Assembly (NCBI GenBank): GCA_943788985.1
Contig: CALSSJ010000010.1
Coordinates: 32,001 to 96,000, forward strand
DNA: 64,000 bases
Direction: 5' to 3'
DNA from: an uncultured Lentisphaerales bacterium
Lineage (GTDB): Bacteria; Verrucomicrobiota; Lentisphaeria; JABSQK01; UBA12247
The translations under genes were made by a program, and so were the position numbers. The stretch's first letter is position 1. Each line of letters begins with the position of its first letter. The notes beneath the pieces were generated by a model. It ran no database searches and was not told the origin of the DNA. It saw only the letters and a list, made by a program, of their open reading frames with translations. Shown piece by piece: positions 1 through 10,693 of this stretch.

Positions 1-2
1 AA

Positions 3-425
3 CCCGTCCACAGCCTGCCCTTCTTGTTCAACCGCATCGGCAAGCCAGCGCTGACTCAGAAATGGTCGCGTTGGGCAGCGAAGAGCTTCTACGGCACCGG
101 CATCTTTGGCCTCAACGGCAACGAAGACGTCGGCCAAATGTCCGCTTGGTACGTCCTGGCTGCGATTGGCCTGCACCCCGTCTGCCCTGGCGACGGCACC
201 TACGAACTCACCAGCCCCGTCGTCTCGCGTGCGACTCTGCGGCTCCACCCGGACTACCACACAGGAAGCAGCTTCACCATCGTCGCCGAGAACAACAACG
301 ACGACAACATCTACATCCAGTCAGCCGTCCTCAATGGTCAGCCGCTGGACCGTTGCCAGTTACAATACGATGAAATCACCGCCGGCGGCGAACTCATCCT
401 TACCATGGGAGCAAAACCAGTATGA
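3..425 (+). CDS. GH92 alpha-1,2-mannosidase, C-terminal part (cut by window start)
   Basis: PVHSLPFLF...GNEDVGQMSAWYV...YIQSAVLNG...GGELILTMG is typical of the GH92 C-terminus. Confidence 0.9.
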   Translation, partial: PVHSLPFLFNRIGKPALTQKWSRWAAKSFYGTGIFGLNGNEDVGQMSAWYVLAAIGLHPVCPGDGTYELTSPVVSRATLRLHPDYHTGSSFTIVAENNNDDNIYIQSAVLNGQPLDRCQLQYDEITAGGELILTMGAKPV

Positions 426-583
426 ACCCAGGGACCATTCGCACAGACTTTGAACGCGACGGCTACTACCTCGCCCGCGGTGTCTTCAGCGGCGACCAAC
501 TCGCGGCCAGCCAACAGAGTGCGTCGGCAAGATTTCAAGCGGTAGGCTCAATGTGGCGCTCGATGGGATTAATGCCATTTTAG
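422..583 (+). pseudogene. Truncated phytanoyl-CoA dioxygenase (PhyH)-like 5' remnant
   Basis: ATG overlaps the GH92 stop; MNPGTIRTDFERDGYYLARGVFS resembles the PhyH N-terminus, then the frame closes at 53 aa. Confidence 0.5.
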
Positions 584-812
584 GGCGTCAAACTACGGCG
601 TCTCTACAGCCGAATCCCGCGGCTCGACCCCGTTCCGCCGGCGCACATATGCCGGCGGGCGGCCAGAAGTCCCAGGCATCATTCTTCCTACCTACCCGAG
701 CTTCCTGTAAAATACTCTCCTCTCCTCGACGCCCGGAGGGCTAGTCGAGTGACAGTCACGCGGGTTAGGGTAAGTAAGAGCGACTCCCACTCATCATCCA
801 GAGTCTTGCCCC

Positions 813-2333
813 ATGCCTCACGTTTTGATATTCCTGCTTCTCCTCGCCGCATCCGCCTTCGCAGTCCAGCCCAACGTGGTTATCATCTATGGCGATGATG
901 TCGGCTATGCGGACGTCGGTGCCTATGGCTCCGAACTGATTCCAACACCGAATATCGATAGACTCGCGGCCGGTGGCCTGCGCTTCACCGATGGGCATTG
1001 CTCTGCAGCGACCTGTACGCCCTCGCGTTTTTCGCTACTTACTGGCGTACATGCATTCCGCCACGGCGTGCGCGTTCTCGGCCCCAACGCCCCACTCACC
1101 ATCCCCCTGGGCGCCATGACCCTGCCGAAGCTGTTCGGCAAGGCGGACTACGCGACTGCGGTGATCGGTAAGTGGCACCTCGGCATTGGCCAGAAAGGGA
1201 CGCCCGTGGATTGGAATGGCGAGGTCAAACCGGGCCCGCTCGAAGTGGGCTTCGACTATTGTTTTCTGCTGCCGAGTACCAACGACCGCGTGCCCTGCGT
1301 ATATCTCGAGAATCACCGCGTCGTAAACCACGATCCAAACGATCCCATCTTCATTCGCAAGACCTCACCTGATCCGCGCAGCACCATCTACCCTGATGGC
1401 AAAACCAATCGCGAGGCGATGACCTACTACCAGAGCAGCCATGGGCACAACAACAGCGTCATCAATGGCATTGGCAGAATCGGCTACATGTCTGGTGGCA
1501 AATCCGCTCTCTGGAATGACGAGACCATGGCCGACGAGTATGTGAAGCAGATGCGCAGCTACATTGCCGCGAACAAGGAGAAGCCCTTCTTTCTGTTCTT
1601 CTCGTCGCAGGATATCCATGTGCCGCGGGTCCCACATCCACGGTTCATCGGCAAGACCGAGCTCGGCCATCGCGGCGATGCCATGGTCCAGTTCGACTGG
1701 TCCACCGGCGAAATCATGAAGACTCTCGAAGAGCACAACCTGACCGAGAACACCATTGTCATCTTTTCCAGCGACAACGGCCCCGTCTACGACGATGGCT
1801 ATCGGGATGGCACAGTCACCAAGACCTCCAGCAAAGAAACCGACCACGGGCACGACGGCTCCGGCATCTATCGTGGTGGCAAGTACCAGATCTACGAAGG
1901 CGGCACGCGGGTGCCCTTGATCGTGCGCTGGCCCGCCCGCATTAAGCCCGGGATCTCCGACGCCCTCGTCAGTCAGATCGACCTGCTGGCGTCCTTCGCC
2001 AAACTTCTCGATGTCGAACTTGGCCCCGATGAAGCGCGCGATAGCCGTGAGCTGCTGGCCAGCTTTCTTGGTGAGAGCAAGACCGGCCTTCCCTTTATGA
2101 TCGAAGAGGCCAAAGGTCTGGCCTTGCGCCGCGGTGACTGGAAGTACATCCAAGGGAAAAAGTCCCAGAAGAAGAATAAGAAGCAGAATGCTAAGCCTTC
2201 TGCTGGCCAGCTCTACAATCTCAAGGCTGACCCCGGCGAGGCCAAGAACGTGATCGCAGCCCACCCAGAGGTTGCGAAGTCCCTCCAGGAGCAGCTTCAA
2301 CAGCTGGTGGATGCCGGCGGTATCCGCGAATAA
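813..2333 (+). CDS. Secreted arylsulfatase (Cys-type, S1 family)
   Basis: Signal peptide, PNVVIIYGDD, CTPSR formylglycine motif, GKWHLG, SSDNG. Confidence 0.95.
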   Translation: MPHVLIFLLLLAASAFAVQPNVVIIYGDDVGYADVGAYGSELIPTPNIDRLAAGGLRFTDGHCSAATCTPSRFSLLTGVHAFRHGVRVLGPNAPLTIPLGAMTLPKLFGKADYATAVIGKWHLGIGQKGTPVDWNGEVKPGPLEVGFDYCFLLPSTNDRVPCVYLENHRVVNHDPNDPIFIRKTSPDPRSTIYPDGKTNREAMTYYQSSHGHNNSVINGIGRIGYMSGGKSALWNDETMADEYVKQMRSYIAANKEKPFFLFFSSQDIHVPRVPHPRFIGKTELGHRGDAMVQFDWSTGEIMKTLEEHNLTENTIVIFSSDNGPVYDDGYRDGTVTKTSSKETDHGHDGSGIYRGGKYQIYEGGTRVPLIVRWPARIKPGISDALVSQIDLLASFAKLLDVELGPDEARDSRELLASFLGESKTGLPFMIEEAKGLALRRGDWKYIQGKKSQKKNKKQNAKPSAGQLYNLKADPGEAKNVIAAHPEVAKSLQEQLQQLVDAGGIRE

Positions 2334-2424
2334 GAACCAAGATGGCTCCCGCAGCGCGCCAAGACGGATATCGCCTGCTACATAGATTTTCTACATCCGC
2401 TTGATTCTTACGTGCCTATATGCA

Positions 2425-2451
2425 ATCTTACTTAAATGCTAAAAGTAAGAT
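2425..2451. promoter_or_regulatory. Palindromic operator upstream of vapBC
   Basis: ATCTTACTT-N9-AAGTAAGAT perfect inverted repeat just upstream of the antitoxin start. Confidence 0.6.
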
Positions 2452-2469
2452 ACCAAGAGGTGCGGACGA

Positions 2470-2715
2470 ATGATTGCAACATTGACATCCAAAGGCCAAT
2501 TGACACTGCCGAAGCCTGTTCGTGAGCAGTGTGGGCTACGCACAGGTGACCGGGTTGATTGCATTGTCAGAGAAGATGGCCTGATCGAAATAGTCCCTCT
2601 TCGTCAGCCAGCTTCAAAGCTTCGCGGCCTCCTCCCCAAGCCGAGCACTCCCGTGACCATTGAGGAGATGAACGAAGCCATCGCCAGAGGAGCTTCTGCC
2701 CATGGTGGGCATTGA
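2470..2715 (+). CDS. vapB: AbrB/MazE/SpoVT-family antitoxin (VapB)
   Basis: ATLTSKGQLTLPKPVR...GDRV swapped-hairpin motif; overlaps the PIN toxin gene. Confidence 0.9.
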   Translation: MIATLTSKGQLTLPKPVREQCGLRTGDRVDCIVREDGLIEIVPLRQPASKLRGLLPKPSTPVTIEEMNEAIARGASAHGGH

Positions 2716-3112
2716 CACGAATGTTCTGGTTCGCCATGTCGTGCAGGACGACGAGCGGCAGGCAGCGTTGGCCAGCGAACTCATCGAGAACCACCTCAGT
2801 GCCGAACACCATGCCCACATTCCGCTGATCGTCCTATGCGAGTTTGTCTGGGTTCTGGGCACGGCCTACGGGTATTCCCGGCAGCAGATTTCTCTTGCTC
2901 TCAGACAGCTTCTTGTTACCGACTGTTTCGCGGTCGAGAGGCATGATCTGGCCTGGACCGCATACCGAGACTACCACGTCGGAAGCGCGGACTATGCCGA
3001 CTGCCTTATCGCGCAAATCAACAGCGACCGCGGGGCTTCCCCCACATTTACCTTTGATCGTAAAGCAGCCAAAAACTCCAAGTTCTTGCTATTGACTGAG
3101 AAGAATCTGTAG
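2702..3112 (+). CDS. vapC: PIN-domain VapC toxin
   Basis: GIDTNVLVR, E, DYADCLI and TFD PIN acidic residues. Confidence 0.9.
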   Translation: MVGIDTNVLVRHVVQDDERQAALASELIENHLSAEHHAHIPLIVLCEFVWVLGTAYGYSRQQISLALRQLLVTDCFAVERHDLAWTAYRDYHVGSADYADCLIAQINSDRGASPTFTFDRKAAKNSKFLLLTEKNL

Positions 3113-3243
3113 CTGGGTATCACACCAGGAGTAAATCGCCTCATCCTGTGATCCTGCCGTCTAAACTCCCCCGCGCCTTGCATTTTCACGTATTTGCGGA
3201 TACGGGTCCGCACTGTCGACGTAAATCCGGATCTGGATCCGCC

Positions 3244-4416
3244 ATGTATAAACGGTCGCTTAGCTTGCGCAGATCGAATAGTTTCATTCTCTTTGGGGCG
3301 CGCGGAACTGGCAAGTCTACGCTTCTGAGGGCCCTTTTTGCAGATGTAGATACCCTATGGATCGACCTGCTGCGGCCGGAGTTAGAAGACCGCTACGCGC
3401 GGCAACCAGAGTTGCTCTATGAGGAGATCAAGGGGCGGCAGGCACATCTGGAATGGGTGGTGATCGACGAGGTGCAAAAACTGCCGCGGCTGCTTGACAC
3501 GGTGCATCGTTGCATCGAGAGCGACGAGTTCAAACCGCCCCGTTTTGCGTTGACCGGTTCCAGCACCCGCAAACTCAAGCATGGCGGGGCAAACCTGTTG
3601 GCCGGCAGGGCATTCGTGAAGCATCTCCATCCGCTGCTAAATTCCGAGTTGAGTGCTGCATTTGACCTTGACGACGTCCTGAATTTTGGCGCTCTTCCGG
3701 GGCGTTTTACCTTCGCCTGTGATGAGGACCGCTGCGATTTTCTTGCGGCGTATGCATTGACCTATCTGAACGAGGAAGTCTGGGCAGAGCATCTGGTCCA
3801 GAAGCTGGCCCCGTTTCGCCGCTTTCTGGAAGTAGCGGCGCAGTGCAATGGCAAGGTCGTCAACTATAAGAAGGTGGCAAGAGACGTCTGCGCAGACGAG
3901 AAAACCGTCAAACGGTATTACCAGATTCTCGAAGACACACTTGTGGGCACACTCTTAGAACCACATCACAATTCACTCCGCAAAAGGCTGGTGAAGTCAC
4001 CAAAATTTTACTTTTTCGACCTCGGAGTGACACGAGCCCTCGCCAGAACCCTTCGCCAAAGAATCGTGCCAGCTACCTATGCCTATGGGAAGGCATTCGA
4101 GCATTTCTACATCCTTGAAGTCCTCCGCAGGAACGACTACGAGCAGATGGATTTTCGATTTACTTGGCTGCAAACGGAATCTGGGTTGGAGATCGACCTC
4201 ATTGTCGAAAGACCAGGATGCCCGCTGGTCCTGCTTGAAATCAAATCCGGAACCCAGCTCGACGACAGGGATGCTAAGGCCCTCAGGAGCTTGCGAGATC
4301 TGTTTGAAGGCTGTGTCTGTTTCGTGGTTTCCAACGACCCAATTGAGCGAGAGACGGATGGCATCTCCTTTCTCCATTGGACCAGCAGCTTTGTGGCTTT
4401 GGGATTCCAGTCCTGA
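3244..4416 (+). CDS. AAA_14 ATPase with DUF4143 C-terminus
   Basis: GARGTGKST, VVIDEVQ, LTGSS, KSPKFYFFDLG, EIDLIV..EIKS. Confidence 0.9.
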   Translation: MYKRSLSLRRSNSFILFGARGTGKSTLLRALFADVDTLWIDLLRPELEDRYARQPELLYEEIKGRQAHLEWVVIDEVQKLPRLLDTVHRCIESDEFKPPRFALTGSSTRKLKHGGANLLAGRAFVKHLHPLLNSELSAAFDLDDVLNFGALPGRFTFACDEDRCDFLAAYALTYLNEEVWAEHLVQKLAPFRRFLEVAAQCNGKVVNYKKVARDVCADEKTVKRYYQILEDTLVGTLLEPHHNSLRKRLVKSPKFYFFDLGVTRALARTLRQRIVPATYAYGKAFEHFYILEVLRRNDYEQMDFRFTWLQTESGLEIDLIVERPGCPLVLLEIKSGTQLDDRDAKALRSLRDLFEGCVCFVVSNDPIERETDGISFLHWTSSFVALGFQS

Positions 4417-4588
4417 GCTGACGCTGTATTGCACTCTCCGGCGTGTCTTCCTAACCGTCCCGCCTTCCTGTAGAAACCACGCCACGATCCAAGGAAGTCA
4501 CGGCGCAAGACACTTGCGCATTCTTCATGGGCGCGCTACTCTTTCCGTTGCGATTCGAAACGACGACACCCGAATGGCCCCCGCAGAC

Positions 4589-6370
4589 ATGACCGCGATC
4601 CCCCGCTCCGAGCACCCCAGACCGCAGTTTTTTCGCGATCAGTGGCTGAACTTGAACGGCCGCTGGCGCTTCGACTTCGACTTTGGCGCGTCTGGCGTCG
4701 AGCGTGGGATCCCGGCCGATCCATCGTCCCTGTCGCAGGAGATCCTAGTTCCCTTTTGTCCGGAGAGCAGCCTGTCTGGCATCGGGCACACAGATTTCAT
4801 CCCGTGCGCCTGGTACCACCGCACCTTCAGCCTGCCGGAGAACTGGACTGGCGATCGGGTATTCCTGCATTTCGGCGCAGTCGACTACGACTGTCAGGTC
4901 TGGCTGAATGGTGAGCAAGTCGGACGCCATCGGGGCGGTTCGGCGTCGTTCTCGTTCGACATCACGGACGCCTTGGCCGACGGCGAGAACGACCTCGTGG
5001 TCTGCGCGACGGACGACGTACGCAGTGGCACCCAGCCCTCGGGCAAGCAGTCCGCGGCCTACGGCTCTCGCGGCTGCCACTACACCCGGGTTACCGGCAT
5101 CTGGCAGACCGTCTGGCTCGAGTCGCGGCCGGCCACACACCTGACGTCCGCCCGGATCGTGCCAGACTTGGATGGCGGACGCCTGGTTGTGACGCCGACG
5201 ATCACCGGCGCTCGGACCGGATTGCGCTTTCGGGCTACGGTGACGGCCGACGGAACAGCAGCTGGTGCCGCCGAAGCGCCAGCCGGCAGCGGGAGCGCCG
5301 TCGTTGTCCAGCTGGCCAATCCACGGCCCTGGTCACCGACCGCCCCGTTCCTCTACGATGTCCGCCTCGAGTTAGTCGACGGCGAGACGATCGTTGATTC
5401 GGTCGCCAGCTATGCCGGCCTGCGCAAGTTTCACATTGAGGGCAATCGTTTCTACCTGAACAACGAGCCCTTCTTCTTCCGCTCCGTCCTAGATCAAGGT
5501 TTCTACCCCGACGGCATCTGGACCGCCCCAAGCGACGCCGAACTCAAGGCAGACATCGAGCGAGCCAAAGCAGTCGGCTTCAATGGTGCACGCCTCCACC
5601 AAAAGGTGTTCGAAGAGCGGTTTCACTATTGGGCGGACCAGCTCGGCTACATCACATGGGGCGAGTTCTGCGATTGGGGTGCCTGGCGCCAACAGGCCAG
5701 CCTGGAGGCGTTCCACAATCTCCAAAACGAGTGGCGCGAAGTGGTGATGCGCGATCTAAACCATCCCTCGATCGTCGCCTGGACACCCTATAACGAAACG
5801 GCAGAAGTCGCCAAGGCTCACATCGAGCGCCATCGGCGTTGCGTACAAGAGACGGTGGACCTCACCCGCGCCTTGGACCCGACCCGACCGGTCAACGATT
5901 GCAGCGGCTATGTGCACGTGGACACCGACATCTACACCGTGCATTGCTATGACCAAGACGTGGCGACCTTTGCTGAAAAGTTCACAGCAGTCGCGCCAGG
6001 CGCTCGCGAGGGCTTCCACGTGAACGTCCCCGAGCTTGATGCCCCCTACGCCGGCCAGCCCTACGTAGTCGACGAATACGGCGGCACCTGGTGGCGCGAG
6101 GAGATCGCCCCAGCGCAAGCCGATCCCGCCAGTTGGGGCTACGGCAGGCCGCCCGAAGGCATCGAGGAAGTCTACGCCCGAATCGCTGGGCTGACCAAGG
6201 TCTTGACAGATCACCCCCACATCGCTGGCTACACCTACACCCAACTCACCGATGTGGAGCAGGAGCAGAACGGCATCTACACCTACGATCGCCAGCTCAA
6301 GTTCGACGCCGAGCGCCTGCGCGCCATCTTCGGCGCCTCCGCGGCAAGCGAAGGGGAAGAATCCCCATGA
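4589..6370 (+). CDS. GH2 glycoside hydrolase (beta-galactosidase/glucuronidase-like)
   Basis: EHPRPQFFR, LHFGAVDY, GIWQTVWLE, NHPSIVAW..NE, YTQLTDVEQE; start could be 4574. Confidence 0.92.
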   Translation: MTAIPRSEHPRPQFFRDQWLNLNGRWRFDFDFGASGVERGIPADPSSLSQEILVPFCPESSLSGIGHTDFIPCAWYHRTFSLPENWTGDRVFLHFGAVDYDCQVWLNGEQVGRHRGGSASFSFDITDALADGENDLVVCATDDVRSGTQPSGKQSAAYGSRGCHYTRVTGIWQTVWLESRPATHLTSARIVPDLDGGRLVVTPTITGARTGLRFRATVTADGTAAGAAEAPAGSGSAVVVQLANPRPWSPTAPFLYDVRLELVDGETIVDSVASYAGLRKFHIEGNRFYLNNEPFFFRSVLDQGFYPDGIWTAPSDAELKADIERAKAVGFNGARLHQKVFEERFHYWADQLGYITWGEFCDWGAWRQQASLEAFHNLQNEWREVVMRDLNHPSIVAWTPYNETAEVAKAHIERHRRCVQETVDLTRALDPTRPVNDCSGYVHVDTDIYTVHCYDQDVATFAEKFTAVAPGAREGFHVNVPELDAPYAGQPYVVDEYGGTWWREEIAPAQADPASWGYGRPPEGIEEVYARIAGLTKVLTDHPHIAGYTYTQLTDVEQEQNGIYTYDRQLKFDAERLRAIFGASAASEGEESP

Positions 6371-7959
6371 CCAAACGACCGAACATTCTGCTCATCATCA
6401 ACGACGACATGGGCTACTCTGACTTAGGCTGCTACGGTGGCGAAGCCCGCACGCCCAATCTGAATGCCTTGGCCGAGAATGGCCTGCGCTACACCCAGTT
6501 CTACAACACCGCCCGCTGTTGCCCGTCGCGCGCATCGATGCTCACCGGCCTCTACCCGCAGCAGGCAGACGTGGGCCACATGGTCGGCGACGACCAGATC
6601 GACGGCTACCTCGGGGACCTGAACCGCGACACCGTCACCATCGCCGAAGCGCTCGGCACCAGCGGTTACCGCAGCTACATGTGTGGCAAGTGGCATGTCA
6701 CCGGCCATATCGGCGCAGATGGGCCGAAGCACAACTGGCCGGCCAATCGCGGATTCGACGATTTCTACGGCATCATCACCGGCGCTGCGAATTACTGGAA
6801 TCCCCAGACGTTGACTCGAAACAACGAGCGCATCGCGCCCGAGCCAGGGCACTTCTTCACTGACCGCATTTCGGAGGAAGCCGTCCGCCAGATCAGCGAG
6901 CATTGTACTGACCACGCTGACACGCCCTTTTTCCAATACGTTGCCTACACCGCGCCCCACTGGCCCTTGCACGCGCATCCCGAAGACATTGCGGAGTACG
7001 CAGGTGCGTTCGACGCCGGCTGGGACACGCTCCGCGAAGAGCGCTTGGCCCGCATGGTCAAGATGGGCATCATCGACCGCCAGTGGCTGCTCACCGCCCG
7101 CGATCCCCGGGTTGCGGCTTGGGATGAGGCTGATCACAAAGAATGGCAAGCGGGCAGAATGGAAGTCTATGCCGCCCAACTCGACCGCATGGACCGCGGC
7201 ATTGGCACCATCCTGCAGTCCCTCAAGGACAACGGCCAGTGGGACAACACCCTCATTGTGTTCTTGGCCGACAACGGTGCTTGCGCCGAAGAACTCGGGC
7301 CCAAGATGGGCCAGGGAGTTCGCGAAGGCTCAGTCCCGTACGCCACCGCCCAGACCAGCGATGGCCGCGAGGTCCGCTTCGGCAACGATCCCGCGGTCAT
7401 GCCGGGCCCCGAAGACACCTACCAGAGCTGCGGTACGGCGTGGGCAAACGTCAGCAACACGCCCTTTCGGCTCTACAAGCATTGGGTGCACGAAGGCGGC
7501 ATTTCGACACCGTTCATCGCCCATTGGCCCGCCGGGATCGCCGCTCGGAATGAGCTTCGCGATCAACCCGCACAGCTGCCAGATATTATGGCCACCTTCC
7601 TCGACATTGCGGACACCGCCTATCCGGCCAGCCACAACGGTCGAACCATCAAGCCTCTGGAGGGCTTCAGCATCGTGCCAACTTTTGCGGACTCCGCACC
7701 GACTCGCGAGGTGCTGTACTGGGAGCACGAGGGCAACAAAGCAGTCCGCCGCGGAATCTGGAAGCTTGTCTGCCGCTATGGCCAAGACTGGGAGCTCTAC
7801 AACATGGCCGCAGACCGCAGCGAGACCCGCGATCTAGCCGTCACCCATCCCCGCATTGTGAGTGAGCTGACAGCTCTCCACGATGCCTGGGCCGAACGCT
7901 GCGGCGTCATGCCATGGGAGGCGCTGCAAGAGCATCGGCGCTGGCAAGAGCAGCACTGA
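6367..7959 (+). CDS. Arylsulfatase (cytoplasmic)
   Basis: RPNILLIINDDMGYSD, CCPSR, GKWH, ADNG, HEGGISTP; ATGA overlap with GH2. Confidence 0.95.
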   Translation: MTKRPNILLIINDDMGYSDLGCYGGEARTPNLNALAENGLRYTQFYNTARCCPSRASMLTGLYPQQADVGHMVGDDQIDGYLGDLNRDTVTIAEALGTSGYRSYMCGKWHVTGHIGADGPKHNWPANRGFDDFYGIITGAANYWNPQTLTRNNERIAPEPGHFFTDRISEEAVRQISEHCTDHADTPFFQYVAYTAPHWPLHAHPEDIAEYAGAFDAGWDTLREERLARMVKMGIIDRQWLLTARDPRVAAWDEADHKEWQAGRMEVYAAQLDRMDRGIGTILQSLKDNGQWDNTLIVFLADNGACAEELGPKMGQGVREGSVPYATAQTSDGREVRFGNDPAVMPGPEDTYQSCGTAWANVSNTPFRLYKHWVHEGGISTPFIAHWPAGIAARNELRDQPAQLPDIMATFLDIADTAYPASHNGRTIKPLEGFSIVPTFADSAPTREVLYWEHEGNKAVRRGIWKLVCRYGQDWELYNMAADRSETRDLAVTHPRIVSELTALHDAWAERCGVMPWEALQEHRRWQEQH

Positions 7960-8083
7960 CAGCCAGAGACGGCAGGCTCTCAATTGGAGCGTGCTCTTCC
8001 CAGCACGGGGCGAAAGAACGCCACTCCCCTAGCTGACTACGAACAACGCCGTTGCCCGTTTGTAGTTAGCGACGGGAGTCGCG

Positions 8084-9010
8084 TTACAGCACGAGTGTCC
8101 CCGCGATTGCGCCGCTACTCTCGTCATCTGGTTGGCCACCGCCGACGCTGATGGCGTAGTCGCCGCTTGCGAAAATGGGCGCGCCCTTGGCGCTGTAGGC
8201 GGTAAGCTGCTTGCGCTTGATGGTCAGGCTAACGGTCTTGGTCGCGCCCGCTTTGATGCGAACCCGCTTGAAGGCCAAAAGCTGCTTGATCGGCGTCGGG
8301 ACCCGGACCGGGCTGTCCGTGACGTACACCTGGACCACTTCGTCGCCGTCGCGCTTGCCGCTGTTCTTCACCTCGACGGTCAGGGTCAAGCCATCCACCT
8401 TTAGCTTACTATACTTGGACGTTGTGTAACTCAGCCCATAGCCGAACTGGTAGAGCGCCTCCTTCTTCATGAACCGATAGGTGCGCCCCTTCATCCGGTA
8501 GTCGGTGAAGGTAGGAATATCTGCCAGCGACTTAATGAAGGTCAGGGGCAGGCGTCCGGCCGGATTGTAGTCGCCGAAGATGGCATCGGCCATTGCTTCG
8601 CCGCCAGCCTCGCCCGGATACCAGACCATCAAGATGGCCGCTCAGTGTTCCTTGGCCCAGTTGAACTCAATCGGGCTGCCTCCGGTAAGCACGAGGATCA
8701 CCGGCTTGCCGGTCGCGACCAACTTCTCCAGCAAGGCCTGCTGCTGCGTGGGCAGTCCGATGCTGACACGATCCCCGCCGCCCTCGGCATCGGGCACGCC
8801 CATGTCACCCGCCTCTTCGCCCTCCATCTCAGGTGTGACGCCCATGCAGGCGATGATCACCTCGGCATCATTCAAGGCCCAGCCGATCTCTTCTTCGATC
8901 GCACCCGAGCAGTAATTCACCTGGGTGCCCGCTGAGACCTTGCCGACCACGCCCTCGAGCAGCGTCGAGAAGCGAGAGGATAAGCCGTTGTAGTTACCCC
9001 ACAGCACGTC
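8084..9010 (-). pseudogene. GH3 beta-glucosidase/xylosidase, C-terminal half only, with in-frame TGA
   Basis: GNYNG..EGEE..GDR..LP..Q, then EH*AAILMVWYPGEAGG (TGA at 8642-8644) and Fn3-like GDEVVQVY; catalytic N-terminal domain missing. Confidence 0.85.
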
Positions 9011-9290
9011 ATGCCGCGAATGCGGCAGGAACCACCGGTATTCAGCGGCGTTGCCTCCGCCCTGGACGGTGTGCCAGAAGCCGTTACCGTAGGCAGATAC
9101 TCCTCCTTCGACGCATCCCCATACCGCCGATTCCCAGGAGCTTTCCAGCTGGTCTAGCTCGTCGCCGGGGTGGCATCACGAGGCGGGGAAACCGCGTCCT
9201 GCGTTGTATGTTCCTCGCACAGGCGGATTATACCGGTTCAGCCGATGCGTCCACTGGAGACGCAGACGACCTTAACAGCACGGTGTGAGA

Positions 9291-10679
9291 ATGTCGGAAT
9301 TAGACAAGTCGCTGGTTGGCTTTCATAGCAGCTTTTCCCCTGGCGAGCAAGTGACAGGCGTGATCATCTCGATCACGCGAGATTGGGTTTTCGTAGATGT
9401 CCGGGCCAAGAGCGAGGGCATCATCCCTCGCCAGGAACTAGAACGCGATGGTGAAATATCGGTCAAGGAAGGCGATGAGATTACGTCGCACTTTTCCCAC
9501 CAAGACAGCAATGGCATCCATCTCATGGTCCGCGTCGGTGGCAAGGACAGCGATCAGATCGACGAAGCGCTCGCAGACGCCGCAGCCAGCGGCATCCCCG
9601 TAGAGGGGAAGGTGGCCGAAGAACGTAAAGGCGGCTTCGAAGTCACGATTGGCTCGCAGCGAGCCTTCTGCCCCTACTCGCAAATCGACATGCATCGGCG
9701 TGATGCCGCAGACCACTTGGGCCGAGTATACAGCTTTCTGGTCACCGAGTACGCAGATGGAAACCTCGTGGTTTCGCGTCGCAAACTTATGGAGCAGGAG
9801 CAGCAGGGCCAGATCGAGGTGCTGAAGGAGCGCCTGCAGGTCGGGGAGATCATCGGAGGCGAGGTCACACGCCTCGCAGACTTTGGCGCATTTGTGGAGC
9901 TCGGTGGGACTGAAGGGCTTATTCCAATGCGCGAAATGGCCTGGAAACGGGTCGAAACCGCCGGCGATGTCGTGCAGCCTGGCCAAACCGTACAGGTCAA
10001 AATTCTGAGCTTGGACTGGGCGCGGAATCGCATTTCGCTGAGTTTGCGCGAAGCCCAAGGAGATCCGTGGGGCAAGGCTGAGAACAGCTACCACGTTTCC
10101 AATCGTTACCACGGCAAGGTCGTGCGCCTGATGCCATTCGGTGCCTTTGTCGAGCTTGAGCCCGGGATCGAAGGCCTGGTCCATATTTCGAAACTAGGCG
10201 CTGGCAAGCGCCTGCGCCACGCCGCCGAAGTTCTGCATGAAGATGAAGAGCTCGAGGTCTACATTCAGGCGATCGACATCGAGAAGCGTCGCATCTCCCT
10301 GACCATGGAGAACCCGCAATTGGGCCGCACCATGGATGTGGACGGCGCTGCGCTTACGGTTGGCCAACAGCACGTCGGCAAGGTTGAAGAGATTCGCCCA
10401 TTTGGCGTATTCGTTCGCTTGACGGACCGCCTGGTCGGGCTGCTTCATGTGAGCGAAGTATCGATCGACGGGGCGGTTAACCCGGGCAAAGCCCTGTGGA
10501 AGCGGCACCCTCCAGGATCCGAGGTGACGGTCGTCGTGAAATCGATTCATAACGATCGGGTTTCGCTGATGCTGCCTGATTCAGGTGACGATGATTCAGA
10601 CGAGTTCCGGGAGTATCTCTCGGGCAGTCAGGATGACTTCGGCAGCGTGGGCTCGGCATTCGACGGGCTGTCCCTCTAG
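9291..10679 (+). CDS. Ribosomal protein S1-like multi-S1-domain RNA-binding protein
   Basis: Repeated S1 motifs FGAFVELG..EGLIP, FGAFVELEPGIEGLVHIS, FGVFV..GLLHVSE; start could be GTG at 9285. Confidence 0.88.
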   Translation: MSELDKSLVGFHSSFSPGEQVTGVIISITRDWVFVDVRAKSEGIIPRQELERDGEISVKEGDEITSHFSHQDSNGIHLMVRVGGKDSDQIDEALADAAASGIPVEGKVAEERKGGFEVTIGSQRAFCPYSQIDMHRRDAADHLGRVYSFLVTEYADGNLVVSRRKLMEQEQQGQIEVLKERLQVGEIIGGEVTRLADFGAFVELGGTEGLIPMREMAWKRVETAGDVVQPGQTVQVKILSLDWARNRISLSLREAQGDPWGKAENSYHVSNRYHGKVVRLMPFGAFVELEPGIEGLVHISKLGAGKRLRHAAEVLHEDEELEVYIQAIDIEKRRISLTMENPQLGRTMDVDGAALTVGQQHVGKVEEIRPFGVFVRLTDRLVGLLHVSEVSIDGAVNPGKALWKRHPPGSEVTVVVKSIHNDRVSLMLPDSGDDDSDEFREYLSGSQDDFGSVGSAFDGLSL

Positions 10680-10693
10680 CCTCGAAGCTGGTC

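Noticed and set aside
4079..4588. Long N-terminal extensions in the ORF track (GH2, sulfatase 6091, asnB 50352, tubulin 41156, groES 17598)
   Set aside because: They overlap upstream genes; family motifs begin at later starts
8642..8644. In-frame TGA in GH3 as selenocysteine or recoding
   Set aside because: The gene is also 5'-truncated, the site is non-catalytic, and TGA is used as a normal stop elsewhere in the window
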